Both the position numbers and the translations under genes were made by a program. Below, piece after piece: positions 41,568 to 52,249 of a DNA stretch of 64,000 nt. This stretch comes from Smithellaceae bacterium (GTDB lineage Bacteria > Desulfobacterota > Syntrophia > Syntrophales > Smithellaceae). Under the pieces are notes generated by a model. It searched no databases and was not told the origin of the DNA. It saw only the letters and a program-made list of their open reading frames with translations. Within the stretch, counting starts at the first letter, position 1. Every line of letters starts with the position of its first letter. The stretch spans positions 2,624,001 to 2,688,000 of the forward strand of contig CAXXVL010000002.1 in the NCBI GenBank assembly GCA_963667845.2, read 5' to 3'.

Positions 41568-42908
41568 CTACCTTTTATTGCTCCTTCTCCAGATGCCCTT
41601 CTTCTCGGCCACTTTCACCAGGTCATCGCGAAAATCAGGATGGGCGATAGAGATCAGCGACTCAGCGATGCCCCAGGTCGGTAGCCCCTTGAGGCAGACC
41701 TTGCCGTATTCCGTGACGATGTAAAAGGCCCAAGACCTGGGGATCGAAGTGATTCCCTGGATATCGGGAACAATCCTAGAGACGACCTTATCCCCGCTGC
41801 GGCGGACAGAGCGGAGGCAGATGAATGCCTTGCCCCCCTTCGATTTCGCCGCGCCGATGACAAAATCTCCCTGTCCCCCCGACCCGGAAATCTGCCGATC
41901 GTAGAGAGCCTCGGAGGCAACCTGGCCATAGAGATCGACCTGGACAGCGTTGTTGATGCTGATCATATTGTCGTTTCTGGCGATATGCTCCGCCGTATTC
42001 GTATAATCGACGGGGTAGCTCGCGCAAACGGGATTGTCGTCGAGAAATTCATACAGCTCCGGGGTTCCCATGGCGAAGGTGTAGATCATCTTGTTACGAT
42101 CCGTGAACTTGTATTTTCCGGTAATTTTCCCCCGGTCATACAGGTCCATAAAGGCGTCACACATCATCTCGCTGTGAATGCCCAGATCCCGGAGATCCGA
42201 TTCGGCAATCAGGCTGCCGACCGTATTGGGAAGACCGCCGATTCCCAGTTGCAGGCAGGAACCGTTATGGATTTCCTCGATGATCAGCCTGGCCATCGTT
42301 TCATCTTCCGCTGTCGCCTGCGGCCGGGCGATGGGGAGCATGGGGGACTTTTCCGCTTCGACGATAAAATCAACGTCCGAAATGTGGATGTTTTCGCTGT
42401 GCCCGCCAAGACACTTCGGGACACCCTCGTTCACTTCCGCGATGATGATGTCCGCCATTTCGGTGACCGCCTTCATATAGGAATTGGAGGTGCCGAAATT
42501 GAAGAGGCCATTGTTATCCATGGGGGTGGTCTTGATGAAGACTACATTCGGCCGGGGTGAGTAACCATTGCGCATCCTCCATGGTTGCTCATGGTAATTA
42601 GCAGGAATGAAAAAAGTGCCGCCCCGCTTCGCCAAAGACCTATCACTCCGGCTATAGAAGCTGCTGTTGTAAGTGAACGCCCTGCACTCGGGATCGCAGA
42701 CGGCGGTTTGAACCGGGAGCATGCCGTTCGAGACACTGATATTTACATCGGTGAGTTCGCCGACCCTCTTGGCGAGTGCCTGATCCAGGGTTACCGGGGT
42801 CATGACGAAATGGCTGTAGTAGACCCAGTCACCCGATTTTACTACCCGTACAGCCTCCTCGGCCGTTCTCAGCTTGTTCCGATATTGATCCCAGATGTTT
42901 CTTCTCAT
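41568..42908 (-). CDS. Acetyl-CoA hydrolase/4-hydroxybutyrate CoA-transferase family protein
   Basis: LQLGIGGLP, GIHSEM, DLYGQVASE, SGSGGQGDF, VTEYG, IAHPDFR; ATG 42908 follows a G-rich RBS. Confidence 0.92.
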   Translation of the reverse strand: MRRNIWDQYRNKLRTAEEAVRVVKSGDWVYYSHFVMTPVTLDQALAKRVGELTDVNISVSNGMLPVQTAVCDPECRAFTYNSSFYSRSDRSLAKRGGTFFIPANYHEQPWRMRNGYSPRPNVVFIKTTPMDNNGLFNFGTSNSYMKAVTEMADIIIAEVNEGVPKCLGGHSENIHISDVDFIVEAEKSPMLPIARPQATAEDETMARLIIEEIHNGSCLQLGIGGLPNTVGSLIAESDLRDLGIHSEMMCDAFMDLYDRGKITGKYKFTDRNKMIYTFAMGTPELYEFLDDNPVCASYPVDYTNTAEHIARNDNMISINNAVQVDLYGQVASEALYDRQISGSGGQGDFVIGAAKSKGGKAFICLRSVRRSGDKVVSRIVPDIQGITSIPRSWAFYIVTEYGKVCLKGLPTWGIAESLISIAHPDFRDDLVKVAEKKGIWRRSNKR

Positions 42909-42978
42909 GTAGGCAACTCCCCCGCAGGCGCTTATAGAACGTCCGGAAAATAATTTTTCTTGCAATCGCTGGGGCTTC

Positions 42979-42997
42979 TGTATAACATTATTATACA
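42979..42997. promoter_or_regulatory. Candidate operator palindrome TGTATAA-N5-TTATACA
   Basis: Perfect 7-bp inverted repeat in the divergent CoA-transferase/TAXI intergenic region. Confidence 0.5.
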
Positions 42998-43157
42998 ATA
43001 GGTATATTTTATTATGTGTTTTTATAACACGAATATCAGTTCTTTGGCAAGATGAAAAGCATCCGGAAGGAAAAGTGCAGGATAAATGGTTATCGATTGC
43101 CTTTTTTCCTGTTGGCGTGGGCGTAAATGAAGGTCTATCAACGAAAGGAGCGCGCAG

Positions 43158-44123
43158 ATGAAAGGATTAGGAATCAGGACACTGGGGACAATCTTCATAT
43201 TGGCGGTTTTTCTTTTGGCGGGGATCGGTGATGTGCAGGCTCAGACGCGCCTGTCTATCGCAACAGCCAGTACAGCCGGAACGTGGTACCCCCTCGGGGG
43301 CGCCTTCGCTAATGTCATCAGCAAGAATGTCAAGGGCACTGAGGCCATGGCTTATCCCTCCGGCGCTTCCATTGAAAATATTAGAAACCTGAAAAAAGGA
43401 CAGACGGATATCGTTATGCTGCAGCCGGACGTGGCCTTCTGGGCTTATACCGGGACGGAACAGTTTGCCAAGGACAAACCCTACCAGGGACTGCGAGCCC
43501 TCATGGCCATGTACCCGATTTACGAACAGATCATCGTACCTTATGATTCCCCGATCAAGTCCGTTGCTGATATGAAGGGCAAGAAGATCGGTGTCGGTGC
43601 TCCAGGCAGCGGCAACGAAGTTATGAACCGGCTGATTCTCGCCGAGTACGGTGTGACTTACAAAGACTGCGATCCGAAATTCCTGTCGACACCGGAACAG
43701 GTGGAAGCACTGAAGGACGGGAATGTTGACGCCATCATGTTTGGCCTAGGCGCCCCTGCACCGGGTGTGATGGATCTGCAGACCCAGCGCAAGATCCGGT
43801 TCATCGAAATCGAACCAAAGATGATGAAACAGATCAATAAAAAATACCCTTATTACGTTCCCGAACAAATTGAAGCCAACACCTATAAGGATCAGCCCAA
43901 GGCGATCCCGGTGCTGGCCTGGATGGGGGTAATCGGCGTCAGCGCGGACATGAACGACAAGCTGGCATACGATATTCTTAAGGCATTCTGGGACAACAAG
44001 GCCCTCATCGACAAGATCCATGTCACTTACAAGGAGATCACTCTGAAGAATGCACCGATTGTGCCCATTCCGCTGCACAATGGGGCCGTCAAATTCTATA
44101 AGGAAAAAGGGGTTCTCAAATAA
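43158..44123 (+). CDS. TAXI-family TRAP transporter solute-binding protein
   Basis: Signal peptide, ATASTAGTWYPLG, GASIEN, GAPGSG, IPLHNGAVKFYKE. Confidence 0.93.
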   Translation: MKGLGIRTLGTIFILAVFLLAGIGDVQAQTRLSIATASTAGTWYPLGGAFANVISKNVKGTEAMAYPSGASIENIRNLKKGQTDIVMLQPDVAFWAYTGTEQFAKDKPYQGLRALMAMYPIYEQIIVPYDSPIKSVADMKGKKIGVGAPGSGNEVMNRLILAEYGVTYKDCDPKFLSTPEQVEALKDGNVDAIMFGLGAPAPGVMDLQTQRKIRFIEIEPKMMKQINKKYPYYVPEQIEANTYKDQPKAIPVLAWMGVIGVSADMNDKLAYDILKAFWDNKALIDKIHVTYKEITLKNAPIVPIPLHNGAVKFYKEKGVLK

Positions 44124-44134
44124 AAAGTTCAACC

Positions 44135-44626
44135 TTGCACAGTCGTCTTTCATGCCAGCTGACTGGCTTGTTGGTACTATGCTGTCTGGCTTTCCCCGTG
44201 GATGGCAGGGGATCGGAGACGCTGATACTCCAGGTGGCGGATCTCAGGGACGGGCGGATCTACTACTCCCTGCCGGTTCGTCCGGAGATCACTTTTTACA
44301 TCGAATTCCTTCATTCCTATGATCGCCTTCCCTGCTGGGATCTGTATCAGGTCGGAGTGGACGGAACTTTGATCTATCGGCGAACGGGCGGTCGCTCCTT
44401 GCTCAACGGGCAAGGATTCTTCTACGAGGGATTTCGGATTCTCCCCGGGGGAACCTGGGAGATCGACAGGATCAATGAAGTGAGTGAAAGCATTCTTTTC
44501 TATATGGGGTCCAAAGGAGATGCCGATCACCGTCTGACCCTCCCGGATCGCACTGTTCTACTCTCGGAAAAAATCGAGGCCGGACGAATCGTCAAGGTAT
44601 CGATACAAAAAAAACCACCTAAATAA
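44135..44626 (+). CDS. DUF1850-like TAXI-associated protein
   Basis: FLHSYDR motif; position between TAXI binding protein and fused permease. Confidence 0.7.
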   Translation: MHSRLSCQLTGLLVLCCLAFPVDGRGSETLILQVADLRDGRIYYSLPVRPEITFYIEFLHSYDRLPCWDLYQVGVDGTLIYRRTGGRSLLNGQGFFYEGFRILPGGTWEIDRINEVSESILFYMGSKGDADHRLTLPDRTVLLSEKIEAGRIVKVSIQKKPPK

Positions 44627-44642
44627 AGAAAGGTCAATACCC

Positions 44643-46553
44643 ATGGATTGGAGACAGTTGCTCAGTAAAAAAGGACTCATTACTATCACCGCTGTCTGTA
44701 TGTGCATCTTCCATATGTACACTGCTCAGTTCGGTTTATTTTCCGCTATCGTTCAACGCTCCATTCATCTGCTTTTTGCCTGCATCCTGATTTACCTCAC
44801 CGCTTCGATCGTGACGGACAAGGGCAAGGCTGCCATGTCCAGGGGGAAAAAGATTCTCGGATGGTCGGTGGACATCCTCATGATCCTCGCGAGCGCTGTC
44901 ACCTTGATCTATCTCGTGATCGAATATAAGAACCTGGTGTTGCGCGGAGGAGAAGCAACCGATCTCGACCTGGTTTTGGGGGCCATTCTCATTGTCGTTG
45001 TTCTCGACATAACCAGACGCACCATCGGCTGGGCTCTGCCGATCATCACCCTGATCGCCATCGCCTATTCCTTCTGGGGCCATCATATTCCGGGCGGCTG
45101 GGGGCACCGCCAGGTCGGTTTTGAACAGTTCGTCAGCTTCCAGTTCCTGACGACGGAAGGCCTTTTTTCCATCCCCCTGGGAGTTTCGGCAAACTTCATT
45201 TTTATCTTTGTCCTGTTTGCGGCATTTCTCCTGCATTCGGGAGTCGGCCAGTTCTTTATCAACTTTGCGAACGGTGTAGCCGGCACCTGGAAGGGCGGGC
45301 CGGCCAAGGTTGCCATCATCAGCAGCAGTTTCTTCGGCATGATCTCCGGATCGGCCGTGGCCAATGTAGCCAGCGTCGGCTCTTTCACGGTTCCTCTTAT
45401 GAAGAGGCTCGGTTACTCCTCCACAATGGCGGGCGCGGTGGAGGCGGTTGCCTCCACCGGCGGACAGATCATGCCGCCCATCATGGGGGCGGCGGCCTTT
45501 ATTGTTGCCGAGATGTGCGGAACGTCTTACCTGAAAGTCTGCATCGCCGCGGCCATTCCGGCGGTGCTCTACTATTTCAGCCTCTTTTATATCGTCCACT
45601 TGGAAGCGATTAAAACCGGTATGAAGGGTTTGCCGAAAGAGGAAATCCCCTCCGTGAAGGAGGAGTTCTTGAAGCGAGGACATCTGGTTCTCCCCGCGGT
45701 TCTGCTTGTCGCCATTTTGGTCTTCGGCTATTCCCCCATGAAGGCTGGCTTCTGGTCCATCATCGCTGTCTTTATCGTATCTTTCTTCAAGAGAGACACC
45801 CGGATGGACTGGCCGAAAATCAAGGACAGTCTTGTCAAAGGAGCTCTGGGGTCTCTGCAGGTTGTTTCCTGCTGTGCCTGTGCCGGCATTGTCATCGGCA
45901 TTGTCACTCAGACCGGACTCGGTCTCAAATTCTCCAACCTCGTCATCACCGCGGCACAGGGTAACTTAATTCTATCACTCGTCTACATCGCTCTGGCTGC
46001 CCTGGTGCTGGGTATGGGGCTCACGACTTCGGCAGCCTATATCCTGACGGTAATCATTGCGGCGCCGGCCCTGATGGATCTGGGCGTCGAATTGCTGACG
46101 GCGCATCTGTTCGTGTTTTACTATGCGTGCCTCTCCACTATTACGCCCCCCGTTGCACTGGCATCATACGCCGCTGCCGGGATCGCCGGAGCATCGCCGT
46201 TCCGTGTGGGTTATCGTGGCATGTTGATCGCGAGCGTGGCCTACATCGCGCCCTTCTTCTTTATTTTCAATCCATCACTGCTCTGGCGCGGTCCCTTGTG
46301 GCTGATTATCGTCTCTTTCGTCACCGCCTGCATCGGCTGCATGGCGATCGGATCAGCCATAGAAGGTTTCCTCATCAAAAAAATAAGCTGGATAGAACGG
46401 GTGATCCTCGTTGCCAGCGGCCTTTTTCTGATTTCCCAAGGGCTCAAGGAATCGGCCATCGGCCTCGCCGCCTTTCTTGTGGTTCTCGGTATTCGTTATG
46501 CGGTGGCCAAGAGAAAGCAAGATAAAATAATCGCGGAGGTTTCGACCCCATAG
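44643..46553 (+). CDS. TRAP transporter fused 4TM/12TM permease
   Basis: GGPAKVA, SGSAVANV, EAVASTGGQIMPPIMGAAAF, LGMGLTT, ITPPVALA. Confidence 0.95.
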   Translation: MDWRQLLSKKGLITITAVCMCIFHMYTAQFGLFSAIVQRSIHLLFACILIYLTASIVTDKGKAAMSRGKKILGWSVDILMILASAVTLIYLVIEYKNLVLRGGEATDLDLVLGAILIVVVLDITRRTIGWALPIITLIAIAYSFWGHHIPGGWGHRQVGFEQFVSFQFLTTEGLFSIPLGVSANFIFIFVLFAAFLLHSGVGQFFINFANGVAGTWKGGPAKVAIISSSFFGMISGSAVANVASVGSFTVPLMKRLGYSSTMAGAVEAVASTGGQIMPPIMGAAAFIVAEMCGTSYLKVCIAAAIPAVLYYFSLFYIVHLEAIKTGMKGLPKEEIPSVKEEFLKRGHLVLPAVLLVAILVFGYSPMKAGFWSIIAVFIVSFFKRDTRMDWPKIKDSLVKGALGSLQVVSCCACAGIVIGIVTQTGLGLKFSNLVITAAQGNLILSLVYIALAALVLGMGLTTSAAYILTVIIAAPALMDLGVELLTAHLFVFYYACLSTITPPVALASYAAAGIAGASPFRVGYRGMLIASVAYIAPFFFIFNPSLLWRGPLWLIIVSFVTACIGCMAIGSAIEGFLIKKISWIERVILVASGLFLISQGLKESAIGLAAFLVVLGIRYAVAKRKQDKIIAEVSTP

Positions 46554-46649
46554 ATGGATGGAATGACCGAATCGTCGTGGTTATTGTATTTTTTACACTG
46601 AGCAGTAAGACGAAGCAAAAGTGGGGTCAAGACCAGGGGCGCCGGCAGT

Positions 46650-46758
46650 GTTGGTTACAGCGTTTAAAAGGGTAAGCTCATTGCGCAAGAAAATGGTTAC
46701 CAGCTATTGGCCTGAGAGGGCCACAGAGAGCAATTTATTATTTTACCAGTGTCCCCTA
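46650..46758 (+). pseudogene. C-terminal remnant and right end of a RAYT/Y1-like transposase element
   Basis: VGYSV*KGKLIAQENGYQLLA* recalls C-termini of deltaproteobacterial RAYT-like proteins; 46739-46758 matches the reconstituted left end at 17/20 in inverted orientation. Confidence 0.55.
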
Positions 46759-46996
46759 AGTCCACCTTAAGAAAATAAATGCGGCTTGCAATCAATTGCA
46801 GTTTGCTGTAAGAGAAGCCAATCGTATCCACACCGCTTCCAATAGACTTAAATAAAATTCGTCATTTGGCTGAAGAAATAAAATAAGACGTCTCCTTATT
46901 ATATCTGTTCCAGGATGGAAATGCAGAATGTAATAATCTTTTTTACAAAAAATTCACTACAAAGTATCTGTTGCAGGTAAGCCTAAAGGGGCAACG

Positions 46997-49042
46997 ATGC
47001 AATTCTATTGCAAAACGAAGATTATCAACGGAATGATAGTTCTTGCTGCCATTACCTGCATAATATCATCGATTGCGCATGCCGGTTCGACTGACGTCTC
47101 AGGTTCACCTAATGTAACGAACAACAAAGACATTGCAACAACGACTCTACCCGCCGCAGCGCCAGACCCTCAACAGAGTCAAACTAAACCGCCATTAAAT
47201 CAATCAATACGGATACCGAAACACCCGCTGTCGGTTCAATCGCCTTCAAGAGCGCCAGTCGCATTAAGCCCGCAGGTAGCTCCTCAACCGGAATACGGCG
47301 TGCAGCCCGACGATGACCCACCGTATATGTCAAGTTCTCTCCCTTCGTCAGCAAAAAGCAGAGCGATAGTTGTAACAAAGGGGACTGTAAGCCTGAACTT
47401 CGACGACGCCGATATTTACTCCGTAATCCAGACTGTTTTCGGTGAGATACTAAAGTACAATTACATCATCGACGCACGGGTGAAGGGCCGAGTCACCTTC
47501 CGGTCCGTTGCGCCCGTGCCAAGAGAAAAAGTCCTGCCGCTGATGGAAGTTATCCTGCGTTTGAATAGCGTAGCGATCATTGAGGAGAGCGATCTCTTCC
47601 GGATCATCCCGATAAGTGACCTGTCGCGGGAGCCGTCGGAAATTAAGATTGGTCGAAAAATCATCGATTCCGATCTCAGGGGAAAAGCCGTCCTGCAAAT
47701 TGTTCCGCTGAATTATGTTCAGTCGACGGAAATTGTCAAACTGATCAGCCCCTTTGTCTCCACAAATGCTGTCATTGTGGATGTCTCCAAGGCAAATCAC
47801 ATTATCATCGCGGATACGGATGCCAATGTGAAACGCATACTGGGCCTGATTGAATACTTCGACGCCGAGATGAAGGAAAAGAAAGGTGTCCGGGTCTTCG
47901 TCTACCATGTGCAGAATGCCAAATCGAAAGACATCGTGACGATGCTGCAGCAAATTTTTCTCGGGGTGAAGTCGCAGCAAACAACTGATAGAACCAGCAG
48001 CAGTGTTCCGACAGGAGCCCAAACGCAGCGATCTGCTGCGCCGCAGCCTCAGCCGGTCACGGTTGCGGCCCGAGGGGGCGGATCCGAGGCGATCGTGTCG
48101 GACTTTGTTAAAATATTTGCGGATGAAAAGTTGAACGCAGTGGTAATTCTCGGAACGCGCGAAGATTTTGATGTTATCAAGCAGACGATCGCCGAGCTGG
48201 ATTTGATACCCCGACAGGTGTTGATCGAAGGCACAATCGCCTCCATTCAATTAAAAGATAATATGAATCTCGGATTGGCCTGGTCGATCAAAACCAATAT
48301 AGGTAATCTTAATCCGATCAATATATCCCTTAATCCCAAAGCCCTGCAGATTGACCCGGAGAAACCGACGGATGGCGGTCTCAATATCATCGGTGTAGAT
48401 TCCGGAACAACGGTGAGAGCGGTGATCAACGCACTGGCGACGCAATCGAAGGCCAAACTGCTGGCGTCACCGCACATCATGGTTTCCGACAATAATGAGG
48501 CGCGAATTCAGGTCGGACAACAGGTGCCCATCACCACATCGGAGACGTATGCATCATCCACCATCGCGCCGCAGAGGACCATCCAGTATAAGGACATCGG
48601 CATCATCCTGAAGGTGAAGCCCCAGATTAACGACAGCGGTCTGGTCAATCTGCAACTGTCTCAGGAAGTCTCGACCTATACGACGGAAATATTATATGCC
48701 AATGAAAAGCAAATCATCCTTAATAAGACGGAAGCCACAACCAGCCTGGTCGTTAAGGATGGCCAAACCATTGTTATCGGGGGCCTCATCCGGGAAGACG
48801 ATTCTCATGCCCGATCCGGTATCCCCTGGCTGACTAAAATACCGCTGCTTGGTTATCTTTTCGGCAATACGACGAAGGAGAATAATAGAACGGAATTGGT
48901 AATTCTTTTGACGCCTTACATCGTCAAAGATGGGAATGAGGTGGCATCCGCAAATCAGAATATCTTCGATGATTTGACCGATAAAAAAATGAGTGAGGAA
49001 TTAAAGCGGAATTTTCATCAGAACAAAGAAGAATCGAAATAG
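46997..49042 (+). CDS. gspD: Type II secretion secretin GspD
   Basis: Signal peptide, VSLNFDDADI N0 domain, QVLIEGTI, AKLLASPHIMV, IQYKDIGIILKVKPQI, GIPWLTKIPLLGYLF. Confidence 0.92.
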   Translation: MQFYCKTKIINGMIVLAAITCIISSIAHAGSTDVSGSPNVTNNKDIATTTLPAAAPDPQQSQTKPPLNQSIRIPKHPLSVQSPSRAPVALSPQVAPQPEYGVQPDDDPPYMSSSLPSSAKSRAIVVTKGTVSLNFDDADIYSVIQTVFGEILKYNYIIDARVKGRVTFRSVAPVPREKVLPLMEVILRLNSVAIIEESDLFRIIPISDLSREPSEIKIGRKIIDSDLRGKAVLQIVPLNYVQSTEIVKLISPFVSTNAVIVDVSKANHIIIADTDANVKRILGLIEYFDAEMKEKKGVRVFVYHVQNAKSKDIVTMLQQIFLGVKSQQTTDRTSSSVPTGAQTQRSAAPQPQPVTVAARGGGSEAIVSDFVKIFADEKLNAVVILGTREDFDVIKQTIAELDLIPRQVLIEGTIASIQLKDNMNLGLAWSIKTNIGNLNPINISLNPKALQIDPEKPTDGGLNIIGVDSGTTVRAVINALATQSKAKLLASPHIMVSDNNEARIQVGQQVPITTSETYASSTIAPQRTIQYKDIGIILKVKPQINDSGLVNLQLSQEVSTYTTEILYANEKQIILNKTEATTSLVVKDGQTIVIGGLIREDDSHARSGIPWLTKIPLLGYLFGNTTKENNRTELVILLTPYIVKDGNEVASANQNIFDDLTDKKMSEELKRNFHQNKEESK

Positions 49043-49511
49043 GAGGGACAAGAGAATAACTAATCCTCATCGAGGATATTTTTCGGATGGATGTTGTTGA
49101 CCTTTTGGTTGCCCTAAACACCGTCGGCCCGCCAATTCCGAAAAAACTTTTGATCAAGAGTCACCGTACCGGCCATCAAATGACGATGAGGATCGGTGTT
49201 GTCAGACATGCAGTGGCGGCGATAAAAAATGTTGACACCCAATTTGAATTGATATAGGTGCCTCACAGAATCTGTGATGCACATAAAAGTCCCAACAACT
49301 ACTATATCAAAAGATATCCGCAATGCGACCGGTGTTAAAAACCGCGTAAAGCAATTGCTAGGTGATATTCTCCAGCTGCAACAGTTGAAGGAACAAGAGG
49401 GCGCAAGGCCACAACCTGTAGTTTAAAACCTGATAGCAAAATAGACAAGAGATTATATGACAGCACATAAGCCCGGAACCGACTGATTCTGCTCTTGGAA
49501 AGATATAGGGG

Positions 49512-52163
49512 TTGCACGTATCAATATTAGATTTTCACGGAGGAAGATTGAAAGTGAGTGCCTTAAAGTGTGCCTGCAAACAAATCTATCCTATTGAACA
49601 TATTCATGTCGCTGTAAAATTTCTAATCGCCCTTATCCTCTTTCTTACCCCGCAACAAACCGAAGCTGCAGATACTGTCCTGGAAAGGGAAATCAATGAT
49701 TATCTGAAAAGCTGTTTGAGTCTGATCGATACGGCCCTAGACAAATGCAAAGTGGGAAAGAAGTGCAATACTGAAATATCCCAAATCAAGAAAATCGGTG
49801 ACCCCTTAAAAACATCATTTCTTCTACTCAACGACGGCTTTAAGGAAAGAGAAAAATCCATCACAACTCTGGGGCAAATAGCACTGAAAAGACACCATGT
49901 GATGGCCGATGGATACAGGCGCTCCCTCAATGAATATTTTGCGCTGATCGATAGCCTTTTACCGCAGGCCGACCCTGGCATCCAGATATCCACACTGAAG
50001 CGTCTCCAGTCTTCACTGGGCAAAGTCCTCCATAAGAAGCAAAGACCGATTTTAGGCAGCCTGCCATACAGAAATCTGAACTATCCCGTAAAAGAATCAG
50101 CGTCAACAGCGCCGATTGTTCCCGCATACAGGGGGGGAAATAAAACCGTCGCACCCGATGATTTACGGGGATCGCCGGAATCGCCGGTGGATATGGACAT
50201 CGCCGTGCTTGCCCAGACATTGAACTGGAGCCCGGTTGAAATCTATGAATACGTCAAGAACAGTATTGAAACCGAATGGTACTGGGGCAGCATGAAAGGC
50301 GCTGTGGAAACTCTGCGCCAGCAGAGCGGCAATGACGCCGATCAGGCTGCATTGCTTGTTGCCCTTCTGCGTGCGTCCGGGTTCCCCGCAAGGTATGTCC
50401 GAGGGACGATCGAATTCTTCCCGGGGATCGACAAAGTGAAGAACCTCACGGGCATCGACGATCCTAATGCCATCGCCGTCTTTTTCCAGAAAGCGGGCAT
50501 CCCCTTCAAGCCGGTGATCTCCGGCGGCAGGATCATCAATTTTCAAATCGAGCACATCTGGGTGGAGGCCCAGATTCCTTACAGCAACTATCGCGGCGCC
50601 ATCATTGACGAGCACGGCAAAACCTGGCTGGGGCTGGATACCAGCATTAAAGTCAATGACTATCAATACAGCGGCAAGTATGACATTGCAAAAAACCTGT
50701 CCATGGCGGATTTACGGGATGAATTTATCAGCTCCATTGAATTCCAGGAGCCCCTGGAATTCCTTAAAACAAAGATACAGAACCATTTGGGCAGCCGGCC
50801 GGAGCTGTTTTACGGTGATCTGCTCAGGAAGAGGACGCTGCAGGCGGAAGCGATGAACATCCTACCGGCCAGCCTGCAATTCGATCAGAAGCGGATTACT
50901 CACGAATATACAGCCCTGCCGGATGAACTCAAACATAAAATCAAATTAACGGCACATGACAAAAATAATGCCGAACTGTTAAAGATTATACTGAATGTTC
51001 AGGATGTCTCCAACCGGAGGGTCGAACTGTCGTATGAACCGGAGACGATTGATGATCAGCAGATCATCAACAGCTATGGCGGATTGGACAATACACCCTC
51101 CTACTTGGTTAAACTGCGCCCGGTCGTCAAGGTCGACGATGAAAGGATGATCGTTGCGAAAGACGGCCTGCCGATGGGCGAAGATTGTAGCCTGAAAATA
51201 GATCTGATCACGCCCAACGGCACGGAGACTTCCACAGGGATGCATATTGCCGGTAATTTATCGGTGCTGGGGATTGTTGCGCAAAAAACGGCTGAGCTTA
51301 AAATTATCGCACCGGATGATAAAGGTGCGGCGCAACTTCTGTATGAGGAAGCGATCAATTACGTCAATCGCTGGAACCGCGCGGAAGACGAATTGACGGC
51401 GCTGCTTCAGTTGAACGCTGTAAGGCCCACTGCGACGGTGGTAATTGCCGGCGGCGTTATTGATGTCACCTACCTGCTGGACCAGCCGCACGGCTATGAA
51501 TGGAAGGGCATTTATCTGGATGCGAGGGTGAGAACAATCAACGTGCAGCCCGCGGCGTCAGGAGCCGATGGCCGGCAGAAGATCTTCATGCAGTTATCGG
51601 CCCTGCATGGATCGGTATTGGAAAATAAAACTATTGAAGATGATTTCAAGGTGGATTCCGTATCCACCGCCAAGCTCATGCAGATCTGCAATCAGCAAAC
51701 CGTGTCGCTGGTGAGTATCAATAAAGAAAACATTGCCGCTCTACTGCCCACGCTGCCCGTGGATAAAAATGTCAAACAGGATATTGCCAATGCCATTAAT
51801 CAGGACCTTATCGTCAAAATACCCAATCAGGCAATGGTATATCAGGATTGGCAGGGCAGCGGTTATATCAAAGAGAACCCGGAAACCGGCGAGGCCGGTT
51901 ACATGTTAAGTGGCATGATTGCGGGCGGGATGACGGCCTGGTCGGCCGACAAGTGGCCCGGTGACTTTGCACAGAGACTTGAAAATCCCTATTCCGAGTC
52001 CCCTGTTTATAGTCCCGCCGGAGATATTTACATTCAGAAAATTACCGCCGGTGATTTACAGAAGGGCACGGTAGGCAAACAGCTTTCTTTTCCCTTCCAA
52101 GTTTACGTTTATACCATTGATAAGAAACCAAGCAGAAAAAACCGGTTGCAAAAAAGGATATAA
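49512..52163 (+). CDS. Secreted transglutaminase-like domain protein; probable N-terminal part of the downstream RHS protein
   Basis: Hydrophobic leader; GNDADQAALLVALLRASGFPARYV, HIWVEA, WLGLD; C-terminus runs into an Ig-like strand then shifts frame; true start may be 49548 or 49554. Confidence 0.82.
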   Translation: MHVSILDFHGGRLKVSALKCACKQIYPIEHIHVAVKFLIALILFLTPQQTEAADTVLEREINDYLKSCLSLIDTALDKCKVGKKCNTEISQIKKIGDPLKTSFLLLNDGFKEREKSITTLGQIALKRHHVMADGYRRSLNEYFALIDSLLPQADPGIQISTLKRLQSSLGKVLHKKQRPILGSLPYRNLNYPVKESASTAPIVPAYRGGNKTVAPDDLRGSPESPVDMDIAVLAQTLNWSPVEIYEYVKNSIETEWYWGSMKGAVETLRQQSGNDADQAALLVALLRASGFPARYVRGTIEFFPGIDKVKNLTGIDDPNAIAVFFQKAGIPFKPVISGGRIINFQIEHIWVEAQIPYSNYRGAIIDEHGKTWLGLDTSIKVNDYQYSGKYDIAKNLSMADLRDEFISSIEFQEPLEFLKTKIQNHLGSRPELFYGDLLRKRTLQAEAMNILPASLQFDQKRITHEYTALPDELKHKIKLTAHDKNNAELLKIILNVQDVSNRRVELSYEPETIDDQQIINSYGGLDNTPSYLVKLRPVVKVDDERMIVAKDGLPMGEDCSLKIDLITPNGTETSTGMHIAGNLSVLGIVAQKTAELKIIAPDDKGAAQLLYEEAINYVNRWNRAEDELTALLQLNAVRPTATVVIAGGVIDVTYLLDQPHGYEWKGIYLDARVRTINVQPAASGADGRQKIFMQLSALHGSVLENKTIEDDFKVDSVSTAKLMQICNQQTVSLVSINKENIAALLPTLPVDKNVKQDIANAINQDLIVKIPNQAMVYQDWQGSGYIKENPETGEAGYMLSGMIAGGMTAWSADKWPGDFAQRLENPYSESPVYSPAGDIYIQKITAGDLQKGTVGKQLSFPFQVYVYTIDKKPSRKNRLQKRI

Positions 52164-52249
52164 CCTTCCGCATCAAGGCTGGTGAGGGCAAATTTACAAA
52201 TGGCGAATCAACCCTGACAATTCCGACCAATGGCGCCGGCATCGCTGAA

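Noticed and set aside
49063..49193. 10-bp inverted repeat ATCCTCATCG/CGATGAGGAT after gspD
   Set aside because: Short and widely spaced with no target duplication; could be chance
49380..49500. c-di-GMP-I (GEMM) riboswitch upstream of the transglutaminase ORF
   Set aside because: GGGCGCAAGGCC resembles part of the motif, but the GGCAAA start and GNRA-capped stem are not evident
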